A stretch of 63,810 nucleotides of DNA, filler included, from Reticulomyxa filosa (taxonomy: Eukaryota > Protista > Foraminifera), in the NCBI GenBank assembly GCA_000512085.1. It is 21 parts of 21 records of this genome, joined end to end, with 100 filler letters (N's around TTAATTAATTAA, not from the genome) between each part and the next. Parts side by side here need not be neighbours in the genome. Positions count along the whole stretch, not along the records: positions 24,137 to 28,675 come from ASPP01023555.1; positions 28,776 to 29,986 come from ASPP01038736.1; positions 30,087 to 34,130 come from ASPP01023083.1; positions 34,231 to 36,169 come from ASPP01024935.1; positions 36,270 to 44,674 come from ASPP01009479.1; 16 more parts are not named here. One strand, written 5' to 3'. Shown here piece by piece: positions 26,612 through 37,608 of the stretch. Each line of letters begins with the position of its first letter. Positions within the stretch are counted from its first letter, which is position 1. The notes beneath the pieces are model-generated. The model ran no database searches, was not told the origin of the DNA, and saw only the letters and a list, made by a program, of their open reading frames with translations. Both the position numbers and the translations under genes were made by a program.

Positions 26612-28338
26612 ATGACCGACAAAACGCAAATCCAAGCGAAAGGAGTGTTGTTTCGTGTATTAGTGTTGTTGTTGTGTGGTGCTTACCTTTGTTGTAGTGA
26701 AGCATGTTACTATGCTTACCACCCAACCGAAAATCTTGTATTTTCATTGAATCAATGCAACACGTGATACAAACAAAGCCTCTTTTCGGTACAAATGTAG
26801 AAATTCGAAACGAGTGGTTTAGTGCGATTTGTAATAGTAGTGGAATAGCACGTTCCGATTATTATTCAGGTTAAATCACATTTTCATTTGGATTTTCAAT
26901 TTTTTTTTTTTCTAACTTTGATTGCGACTGATCAAAAGCAACAGTGGTAGAAGCCTATATGTATGAATATTAAATTACCAAAAAAAAAAGGGGGGGGAGG
27001 AAAAGGAGGAAAAAAGAGAGGATCTTGTTGTATTGTGTCGCTGGATTTGAACCATTGAGTTGATATACTGTGACAAATGGTGCAGGCCCGGGCTGTAATC
27101 CAGCAAACAAGACGCGATCAGTGGCGACATCGAATTACAATTGCAATGGATACTTTAACTGTGAGTACATATTGAATGTGACAAGTTCGAGTCAAACCGG
27201 GACGTGTGATGGAAACGGCGAGTTTACGTACAGATATCATTTGGCAAGGGTGGACACATTATGTGCCAATCGCTATGCTTATTCTTATGGGTCCGTCAAC
27301 TTCTCCAGAAACCTTTATGCCAACAGTGACTGCAGTGGAACCCCGTTGTCTCAAGAAAAAGTCGTATCGGGTTGTGCTCTTTCTAGTCTGGTTCATCAAT
27401 ATGCCATGTCGTCCGTTGAAGACAAAAGTGGTTTGTTTTGTGTTGTTTGAATGCTCCCTGTCTCTTTCTTTCTCCCCCCTTTTTTCGGAAAAGTAACAAC
27501 AAAAAAACTTTGCAATTTCTGGGTTTGTCGTTGCAAAAATGTAAAGTGCCAATTTAATTTAAAATACGTATACAAAAACTATAATACATATGCGGTGTAT
27601 ACACGAATAAAAAAAAATGAACAATAGAAATAAAAAAACTCAATGTGTATGTTGTGTGTATATGAATGATGGGAAAAAAAAAGATCAAATTCTCTGGAAA
27701 GCACAAAATGTGCCGCAACTGTTAACAGCAGCTGACATATTTGTAAAAGAAGTGAACGTCCGGCAAACAACAGTGGAGATAACGCTGACGTATCGTGGCA
27801 CACAAGCCAGCAACGTATGGTTCGGTATTGGGTTCGGAAGTCAACAAATGATAGACACGTATGGGATCGTCTACCAGCCAGTGAGCGGCACTTTGGAAAG
27901 CAAATTTGAAGAACACAAATTTGGCAATCACACTACGGGGACGACATTGCCAACATCATTTTTGTACCGCAACGTGGTTGTATCGGGTTCTGCCACCACT
28001 GTCACAGTCGTCCGACCCGTGACCATCAGCGGTGACAATAGATACTACTCTTTTGCCTTCAATCAGAGTCGGGCCACTCAAGTGCAAATCCCCGTTATTT
28101 TTGCTCGCGGCACCACGCAAGCCTTGCAAAGTCACGGGACAACCACCCGAGGAAGTGGCAGTATTACATTACAATATATTGGTATGAAGACTTGTTTTTT
28201 TTGTTTGTCATATGTGCCGATTTTCTAACATCTTTATTCAAATGAATGGATTGGACACATTGAATAAATAATGTCCTAAAAAAAAAGGAAAGAAATGCTT
28301 TTAAAAAAAAATTGGGGGTGCAATAGCTTCTACGAAAA

Positions 28339-28414
<76 letters not shown>

Positions 28415-28660
28415 AACCAAAAGCCAACTCAAAGGCCAACTCAAAAACCAACTCAAAGGCCAACTCAAAAACCAACTCAAAGGCCGACTAAAAAACCGAC
28501 TCGTCAACCAACTTGGCAACCACAACACTACCCACAAAGAAACCAACAGGACTTCCCACGAAAAAGCCGACGAAAAAGCCAACAAGTCGTCCGACCACTG
28601 CAAAACCCACAAAAAAACCAACAAAGCCTCCCTCTAAACCCCCAACAGCAGCTCCCACAG
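26612..28660 (+). CDS. Secreted protein: Cys-rich region + DOMON domain + Pro/Thr-rich mucin-like stalk (5' part)
   Basis: Signal-like VLFRVLVLLLCGAYLCCSEA, Cys-rich exon ~27020-27430, DOMON motifs VWFGIGFGSQQM...VTVVRP...IPVIFARG...SHG, then PTxKPTxR repeats. Confidence 0.75.
28340..28660 (+). repeat. Long poly-A tract followed by 12-bp-unit CCAACTCAAAAA/AGG coding repeat
   Basis: A-run ~28340-28412; tandem PTQK/PTQR units after it. Confidence 0.85.
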
Positions 28661-31600
28661 GTTGCATATATCCGTNNNNNNNNNNNNNNNNNNNNNNNNN
28701 NNNNNNNNNNNNNNNNNNNTTAATTAATTAANNNNNNNNNNNNNNNNNNNNNNNNNNNNNNNNNNNNNNNNNNNNACACACACATTGTCATTGGGTCGGT
28801 CATTCGATGGTGCGGAGCATCGGCAGTATTGTCATCTTTTTCCATTGAACTTTCCCAATCCAGAGGGATTGGGCGAATTGGATTTGAACAATGTCGCTTG
28901 TGGATTCTCAATCTGATGCAATGCTTTGTGTGCAACACGCCTCAAGCTGATGTGTTCCTAAAATGTTCCAGAACAATGAATAATCCACCTATTCTAAACT
29001 TGGTGCATTTCGTTTAGAGGACCTATCAATTTTGCACACTCCTTTCCGGCCATTGCCAATCGAATTATCCAATACTTGATCCATCTCCCTATGTGTTTCA
29101 TCGCTATCTTCTCAATGACTTAATGCATTTGGCCGAGTTTTATCTCGATAAAAATGATAATAATAATAATAATAAAACAACAATTCATATACAATGTGGT
29201 GCAGCAGCATGTGTTGGAACAATTTGAAATGAAGATTCCATCGACGGGGTGCTATCGATATTGTTTGAGTGTTTGTCGACTGTCCACTCTGTTCTTAGTT
29301 CTCTTGTCCTCCTCACAATACATCTCCTTGCATCGCTACTTAAAAAAAAGGACTCTTTTGGCCGTCCAGCAAAAGATCTCCAAAAAGGAAAACACAAGCA
29401 CGTACCAATGCCAGTGATGATATGGGCATCGACTATGAAGATAACGATGAAATGGAAAGAGATAGTGGCATTAGCGGCCATACTGAGCTTGAAAATGTCT
29501 GAAAAGTCAGTTCGATCCAAGTTATGCTCGATTCACACCAAAATTATGGCTGGTTCTACGTTCTTATGCTTGTCATGTTGTATCCCCTGCTTTGCTCAAT
29601 CGCAAACCTTTTGCCAATGTCATGCGTGGTCGTCGCACTTTGAAATGTGTACATTCAAGCTACTCCTACTCCTCTTATAACTGCCAAACCAAAAAGAGAA
29701 AACTTTGGGACATGTAATGTTAATTTTTTTTTTAGTTTAAAAGCATACAATATGCTTTCTGATTGTTTTTTTCCCAAAATATGGTAATATAAAAGTCTGT
29801 GGACCTCACATTTTCATTTTCTTGATTAATCTTTCAAAAATTTATCTATACACTCTTTCAAGGACGCAATGAACAAAAGTAATACTTTGATTCAAGTTTG
29901 AACATTGTTAAAAAAGAATATTAATTTATTATGGACTAAAGGAATGTAATGAATTAATTATAAGTTAACGTTTGTCCATGCGGATTNNNNNNNNNNNNNN
30001 NNNNNNNNNNNNNNNNNNNNNNNNNNNNNNTTAATTAATTAANNNNNNNNNNNNNNNNNNNNNNNNNNNNNNNNNNNNNNNNNNNNGTGGTGGATGCACC
30101 TTTGGACAATGATGGCAAAGAATGATGAAGATATTCAAGTGGATGCATATTCCATGGAAAACTTTCCTTGTACGTACAATCCTGCCATTAGTCAATTCAA
30201 ACAAAGAATGGATACACGTTGTCCAGGACAATGGGAAAGTAATAGAGAGTGATCAGAAGTAAAGGATAGCGGCTCTATTTGAAGGTTGGTGTTAATACTA
30301 TGTTGTTTGTATCATATTTTCAGTGGTTGTAATATAATCCCATCAAAACAAGTCTTTTATTGTGAAGTGATTTACATTAGGTTTGGAAATTAAGAAGTGA
30401 ATGATAGAAGAAAAGAAAAGAAAAGAAGAATGAAAGAGTTATTCAAAAACTATACGGACTATTTCAAGCAATATGGCAAGTGATAAAAGATTGTGTGAAA
30501 AGAAAATTATAGACGACGATCACAAAGAAGTATGCAACCATAAGAGGCAAGGCGGGCGCACATCCACTTCCACACAGAAACAAGGCGGGCAAGATGATCA
30601 ACACAATATACCTCTTATGCGTTATATCAAGGCCATGAAACGGTTATTAATGATATTTACACTTTTTTTTAAACATATTTATTTGTTTATGTGGTCTCAA
30701 AATTGATTAGTAGGAAAACTTGCTCAAGTATTGCTGTCGTTGTTTTTGTTTTTTTTTGTAAGCAAATTTAAATTATTTTGTGTTTGTTGTTGTTTTTTCT
30801 CTAAAACAGGGAATAGAATGCAAGCGTTGGAGGTGGTGGAACCACAATGAACAAGATGAACAAAAACGTTGAAGCAAATGCATTCAGCTGCCCGATCACC
30901 TGGTGGACAAGCCAATTTAAATAAATTTTGTCAAAATGGAAAAGAACTGATATTTACGAAAAAAAACGTCTGAAAGAATAGTTTCGTCCACAATGGCTCC
31001 ATTACGAAAAAAGAAACAAACAACCTGTTGAAAACCAGAGACTTTGCAAACACAAACGTTAAGACGTTGGCTCAAAATTCAAAGTTTCTGCAGATGTCTA
31101 CAAGCAGAAGTGAGATTGTTCCTCGAAGCAAGTAAATATAACCGCAAATGGCGATACAGAAAGATAATCAAAATTGCGTGTCTAGTCATTACAATGAAAG
31201 AGGCCTAACTGTTTAAGATATCATTGACACGCACATTGATCGATTGCTTGCAAAAAGCAAGAGCTTATGTGCAGAAGAGACATGGCCAGCAAGTATTAAA
31301 AAACCAAGACATTGTTCAATAGTGAAAAAGAAAGTCGATATTACACAGGAAGAACTCAAAAAAATGTTTATGCAATCTGGTGAAACACTGCTCTTTGGCT
31401 ACATGCTCGATGTGTGCGGAAAGTTCGATGTGAAATGAACTGTCGTTGCGTACAACTGTTCATTTGTGACTGTGTAAAAACGATAAACTTGAGCTGCTGT
31501 TCAAACTAAGTTGGAAAATAAAGATGCTCGTTTGAATCAACGAGGTATTTTTATTCATCATCATGTTGGCATGTTATGATGAACTTTTGTGAAAAAAACT

Positions 31601-32074
31601 TGGTTTGGGGTTGAAACACCTTTCCCTTTATTTTATTTTAATAATTTTTCCAATTTGTTGACATATTCTTAAAGTTCTGCAATTTCAACACTATTCAAAT
31701 TTTCAAACATTAAAATAAAAAATTTATTATCAAATATTGTATCTCTAAGAAAGAATTTTTCGGAAATTTTTTATGAACTCGTTCATCGTTACTTGAAACC
31801 ATTAAAAGAGAAATGAATTAATTCTCCACATTAGGAAAAAAATAGCTTTTTCAATCTCACATTCTGTTGATCAATTACAAAAAAGAAAAAGATTAATTCA
31901 TTCCAGCAAAAGGTAAACATGAAAGAGAAGGTACGCGCTGGAAGGCGGACCATCCCTGTGATTCAAATCTTCAAAATGAGTTTGTCGCTCAGTAACGAAT
32001 GAAATACAATAAAGAAGAAAGACAGCAAAGGGAAAAACAAGAATATTTAGATATCATTTTTTAAAAAATGTATG

Positions 32075-33202
32075 TTAATGATTCTGAGGAGAAGTGGAGG
32101 AGGAGGAAGAAGTGGAGGAGGAGGAAGAAGTAGTAGAGGAGGAAGAAGTGGAAGTAGAAGAAGAAGTAGAGTCTGAAGTAGATGTCGATGCGTGAGCACC
32201 AGTGGTAGAAGAGGATGAAAGAGAAGTAATGACAGTAGTATTGGTGCCTTGAGTGACATTGGACACAGAAGAAGAGAGAGTAGAATTGGAATGTTGAGAC
32301 TGGACGACCAATTGAGTATATAATTGGCAAGGATCGGGATGACTTTGTTGTTTGGGTACATGATGAAGAGTAAGATTGCGACGAGTATTGTCAAGTTGCA
32401 AGAGAGAAATGAGACACGCTCTCCACAAATGTTCCACTTGATTCAATTTTTGAATGTCTTGCAAAGTGGTTTGAATGGATTGCAAAAGAAAAGCAGAGTC
32501 TCGATCAATCAGTAAACTACCCATTTGACCTGGGCTGATTTTCCCGTTACGAAGCATGGGTTGAAAACGACAAACTTCGGGGATGATTAAATCAATGGTA
32601 TATTGACAAGTGTGAGGTTCCATTACATTTTGCACTCTCTGCGGCTGTGCAACGTCATTGCTACATTTAAACAATAGGTTAACAGAACGTTGCAAACCAA
32701 CTCCGCAAGAATGTCCATCTGTATACTTCAGGCAAAGTGTCTCTTGATTCGAATCCATACATGTGTCCCACTTTTCAAATATTCCCAAAGTCCAAACATG
32801 CCAGTTCTCATTTTGAGTCACTTTATCAAAGAAGCATACTTTGTATGTGTATTTTCCGCTTGCACATTCCAAACATTCTTTATCCTTTCGTGTCATATAT
32901 TGCACAATCTCCGGGTGGACTATTTCACTGTTTTGCAATTTATCACTTGCAGCGCGTGAATTTGTGGCCATATTGTTGTTATTATTATTATTGTTATTGT
33001 TATTGTTATTGTTCACATTTTGATTTGCATTGTAATTATTATATGAATTGCTATTCTGATACATATTGTTCAAATTCCCATAATTACTCGAATAACTTTG
33101 TCTTGGTTCGTTAATCTTTATGTCCTTCTTTTCTCCGCGTTTGCCACTTGATACTGTCAGCAGAACCACCATCGTCGTTAACAAGACCAATGGTTTCATC
33201 AT
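32075..33202 (-). CDS. Secreted MRH (PRKCSH) domain protein, GNPTG/glucosidase II beta/OS-9-like
   Basis: Signal peptide; KYTYKVCFFDKVTQ...LGIFEKW...YTDGHSCG...RSV..LFKC...VMEPHTCQY...PEVC; Ser/Thr-rich tail; intronless 375 aa. Confidence 0.85.
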   Translation of the reverse strand: MMKPLVLLTTMVVLLTVSSGKRGEKKDIKINEPRQSYSSNYGNLNNMYQNSNSYNNYNANQNVNNNNNNNNNNNNNNMATNSRAASDKLQNSEIVHPEIVQYMTRKDKECLECASGKYTYKVCFFDKVTQNENWHVWTLGIFEKWDTCMDSNQETLCLKYTDGHSCGVGLQRSVNLLFKCSNDVAQPQRVQNVMEPHTCQYTIDLIIPEVCRFQPMLRNGKISPGQMGSLLIDRDSAFLLQSIQTTLQDIQKLNQVEHLWRACLISLLQLDNTRRNLTLHHVPKQQSHPDPCQLYTQLVVQSQHSNSTLSSSVSNVTQGTNTTVITSLSSSSTTGAHASTSTSDSTSSSTSTSSSSTTSSSSSTSSSSSTSPQNH

Positions 33203-33649
33203 TTTTCCCGGCCAGCTCACAATATTTTTAAATTATATTACCCCACTGAAAGAGAATTCTAATGTATTTATTTTATTTATATTGCACGATGATATATATA
33301 GATAGCTTATCTTTCAGGTCCAAAAAAAAAAAACACACTTGACAAACGTACCTGACAAAATTTAGAGAACCATTAGGAAGAAAGAGAATTCGTTGATAAA
33401 TAATAATCATTTAAAAATGAAGCATGGGCCAAATATCGTTTAGAAAAACATACACATAAAAATATCCGCGCACATATCTCGCTTGGAGCGAGAGAGTTGA
33501 CTTTTGTGCATTTTTTTTGTGACTATTGTTTATTTTTAATGTAAAAATAGCACTCAATTATATATAATTTTTATGTTTTTTTTGTTCGACATTCCCTTTG
33601 GGACCTCTCTCCCTTGTCCACTAAGCTCACTTATCTTAAAAAAAAATAA

Positions 33650-34030
33650 TTAAGGATTAGAATGCTGTGATTGCCACCAATTAACAAAATCATTAACCCT
33701 CATTTTGAGTACTTTCAACTCTAAACTTAGAACAGTTTGTTTTAATTTCATTTGTTTGACAGCAGATTTTTGCTGCGTGTATATTTGAAGTAGTGATTTG
33801 TCATGTTGATTGTGGGTGGCATTTTCTTTCATGCGTTTAATCTCATGCGACTGAAAATTCAATTGAGTAGTCAATTGTTGCAGTTCTTGATATTTCTTAT
33901 CAAAGACCTTACGGCAATCGTGATAAACCTCGTTCGACTCAATCTCTTTGTAGCGATTTAGCCAATACTCTTCGTTCGTTTGCATCTTCAAATCCGATTC
34001 ATCTTCCCTCACACTGTATTTCCCCCGTTC
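33650..34030 (-). CDS. Occludin/ELL-domain protein, last exon
   Basis: RYKEIESNEVYHDCRKVFDKKYQELQQL...LSLELKVLKMRVNDF matches the ELL C-terminal helical pattern. Confidence 0.65.
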   Translation of the reverse strand, partial: ERGKYSVREDESDLKMQTNEEYWLNRYKEIESNEVYHDCRKVFDKKYQELQQLTTQLNFQSHEIKRMKENATHNQHDKSLLQIYTQQKSAVKQMKLKQTVLSLELKVLKMRVNDFVNWWQSQHSNP

Positions 34031-34686
34031 CCACATAGGCATAAAAAATCCAAACAAATAATTTTCAATGCAAAAGCAAAAAAAAAAAAAGTTTTGTGTA
34101 TGCACACATATGAGTATATATACATATACANNNNNNNNNNNNNNNNNNNNNNNNNNNNNNNNNNNNNNNNNNNNTTAATTAATTAANNNNNNNNNNNNNN
34201 NNNNNNNNNNNNNNNNNNNNNNNNNNNNNNAGTTCTGTCAACAAATCTGACAATCCCTCTTTTTTTTTTTTTTTGGTTAAAAAATACTATATATATATTT
34301 TTTTTTTTAAATAATCAATGAATCATCAATTTTTCTGGTTTAGTGGTGTTATTTACATCCACCAAAGCGAACTTAGATTGGATTTGCAAGTGATAAAATG
34401 TTTAAAAAGTATAGGAGAAAAAGAGCGTGAGGTTAGACACAAAGTGTAATACGAAAGACGACACTTTCAACAAAAATTAACTAATGCAGAATAAACCAAA
34501 AATATAAGTGAAGAATAAATTTCTGGAGAACAAGAGATCTCTCTTTATAGTTAGTAAGGAGTGTTACTGTAAAGTGTGAGTGCCCGTCTCCTTTTTCGCT
34601 CTTCTCTCCCCCCCCTCCCCTCCCTCTTTTTCGTTTTTAACTTTGTTCCTTTTGAATGAAGGAGAAAAACGCCCTCTGAAAAGTTC

Positions 34687-35154
34687 ATGGACTATTCGGC
34701 GTCAATAGATAGAGCAAACAACATTTTTTTCCTAATTGTGGGCTGTTGTGCGTTGTTTTCGCTGAACGGGCTGTTGGTGTTTTGTAAGCTACTGCAATTG
34801 AAGTGTGTGTTCGTGGGTCCGCAAAGGTACCCGACGTTGAATTTGGTGCACCAAACAATCGGCCTCTTGCGAGTGTCGGTGATATTTCCATTGATAATAC
34901 TGTTCGAACAAGGACAACGAGAATGTTGTTACAACCCGTTTCCGTACTTTCGAATAGTCGACAATCTGTTATTTCATTTGGCGACGAATCTGCCAGCATT
35001 TATAAATGTCTTGCGTCTGCATTACATGTGGCACGAACTAAAGAAATACAACGCGATAAAATGGCAAGTACACGTGGCAGGCGGTACAATGAGAGGCGAC
35101 GGGGACGGTGTGTCGTTGCTCGGAGACATAAGTCAAGAAGTTGGTCGCAATAAA

Positions 35155-35185
<31 letters not shown>

Positions 35186-36100
35186 ATCATTATGATTATC
35201 GAACACAGTGCAAAGAAGTGATGGAACGTATACTGAACTGGTTCAACCCGAGTCGCAGAGCACATAACTTGGCATACTTTTTTATTGTGCTGTTTGTGCT
35301 GTGTTTGCTGGGCGGGTCGGCCGTGTATGCGAACCACGGCGAACCAAGTTCTTTGTCGCGAATCACGTACGCATTGGGTGGACTCGTCATTGTCGTCCAT
35401 TCGTTTGCCATTTTGTTCTTTCTTCCCCAATTCCAAGACTTGTGGCATTTGAGAGACGAAATTCGCTGGATGGCTATCATCATTATCACTACTTTCATCA
35501 TTGGCTTGCTGCTGCTGCTGCCACTCTCGCAACACGATCCACCGAGTTCCTCTTATGCTATCATTTTTGCGTGGTTATGTATGTATCTTCTTTTTTTTTT
35601 TTTTTAAATAACTTATATACATATATACTTATACGTGCTTTTATGTGTAATTTTTTAAAGTACTATTTTTTATACAAACAAAAAAAAGGGGGGAGGGATT
35701 GGACACAAATTGAAGAAAACTGAAGGATTATTGTAAAAACAAAAAAAGGATATTTTTGTTTGTATACGTATGTACATGGAATGATAGCTGTTTCCACGAC
35801 GTGTTCGACAGTGGTGAGCAGCTACATGGTCTTTTATTGGAATCGACTGCCTTTGGGCTTGTGGACATATTATTGGAAGAAGGAAGCGGCAGTGGCAGCA
35901 GAAGATCGCCCTCGAGAACTTTCCACCTCGGCCACGGATAGTAACAACAATAACAATAACAACAACAATAACAACAACGTTCAAATATACTCGTTTTCGC
36001 AAAGCAAAGGGGGGCCGTCAGCAAGCAAGGATCTTCGCCACATGATTCAGTCGTCGTCTGGGTTGAATTTGTTCTGCCATTTTCTGATGCGAGAATTTAG
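34687..36100 (+). CDS. Seven-transmembrane RGS-domain protein (5' part)
   Basis: About seven hydrophobic segments with F-x-D-x-W-x-L-R-x-E loop, then DLRHMIQSSSGLNLFCHFLMREF (RGS helices 1-3 pattern) before a GT donor and the spacer. Confidence 0.75.
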
Positions 36101-37608
36101 GTATATACTAGCTCTAAGAACTTTTTTTTAAACACCTCTTATCCCCTCCCCCCCCCCCTGTTCCATCCTNNNNNNNNNNNNNNNNNNNNNNNNNNNNNNN
36201 NNNNNNNNNNNNNTTAATTAATTAANNNNNNNNNNNNNNNNNNNNNNNNNNNNNNNNNNNNNNNNNNNNATTGCTTCCAATTCATTGTTAAAGCATAAAA
36301 GACGCACGTCAATGTGATATCAGCTGGTTTTTTAAAAAGACTAACTTGTTGTATTCTCATTTTCTCGGTGGCCAAAGAATTTTGTACATGTGCAAAATTT
36401 TAGGAATTAGATCATGCATGTAGCCAAAGTAAATCATTTTTGGCAAATACATTTCTACATCTACCAAAATGAAAAAAATTGAACTACGTCCCCTTTTGTA
36501 ACCCCACTTGACCGATTTTTTAAAATTCGATCTGTTTTAGAGATCCAAGATTTTTTTTGAATGTTGCATACAACCAACAACTTTGAATTTCAAAGAGAAT
36601 AAAAATCGTGTCTCCAATACTGTAAAAAGGGGCTAATTTCGTTTTTTAAATTTTTTCTGTCTTTCACGTGAAGCCTGTTCTAGCAAAGCTCAAAGACTTC
36701 TTTGAGTATTTGTTAGTGAGCTAGTGTAACAAATCGCAATGATATCTGCTTTTTCCCACTCCAAACGACATAAATGCTTTAATATTTTTTAACATAAGTT
36801 TCATGTCTGAAGTTGTTACGAAATCTTTTTTCATATTCTTAGAAGTTATATTCTATAATCAAACATATTCATTGCATTACGTTTCACTACTACAACAGCT
36901 TGACACTTCCTCTCCGCTCCGTGGTTACGAGCAAGGAACAGCGGACATAATCGCAGGGATTCATATACCACGTGCGAAATTTTTTTTAATGAACAGAAAA
37001 AAATTAATGTCCATTTTCTTTGAGTTATAGTAAATCAAACTGAATCGAGAAGAATGCAAAATGCTTGCCAATTTTGAAAGGAAATAATTGAAGTCAATTG
37101 ATCACAGAAAATTGGAACATCGTGATTTATATCAAAATTATAATTTAAACAGCTGAAACTGTGGTCAGTGCCACAGCAGAATTATTTCACAATGCTCAGA
37201 AAACGCAGTATAACATAAAAATGATTACAAATTAATGTGGAGATAGGAAATACTTCCAACAAAAAGCAAAGTTTTGTTGATCATCGCATAGATTCTCAAA
37301 CAGGGATACATTTCCGTCTTACCAAGGGAAAAAGATTAAAAAAATAGGAACAAAGAAAAACAACGATAAAAAAAAAACTAATAAAGGCAGATCAATGGAT
37401 TGCCAAGCTGCAATATCTATCACATATTGAAAGAAACTCCAATAAAGTTCAAGAGAAGAGTTGATTGTATAGTCAATGTGTAGAAATAGGAGAGGGAGTT
37501 TAAATCATGGACATTCATGTTTATAGAAATGGAATCAATTCGGGCTCTAAATCTTAACTCAAAAACAAATGTTTTGGAAATCGTTCATTTTTTTTGCAAT
37601 GTTTTATT

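Noticed and set aside
28776-29680. Coding-like GC-richer segment on the minus strand
   Set aside because: Stops in all frames and no recognisable motif; probably a decayed gene but not assignable.
33330-33365. TGACA/TGTCA motif upstream of several starts as a promoter element
   Set aside because: A 5-mer is expected often by chance in AT-rich DNA; enrichment cannot be shown by eye.
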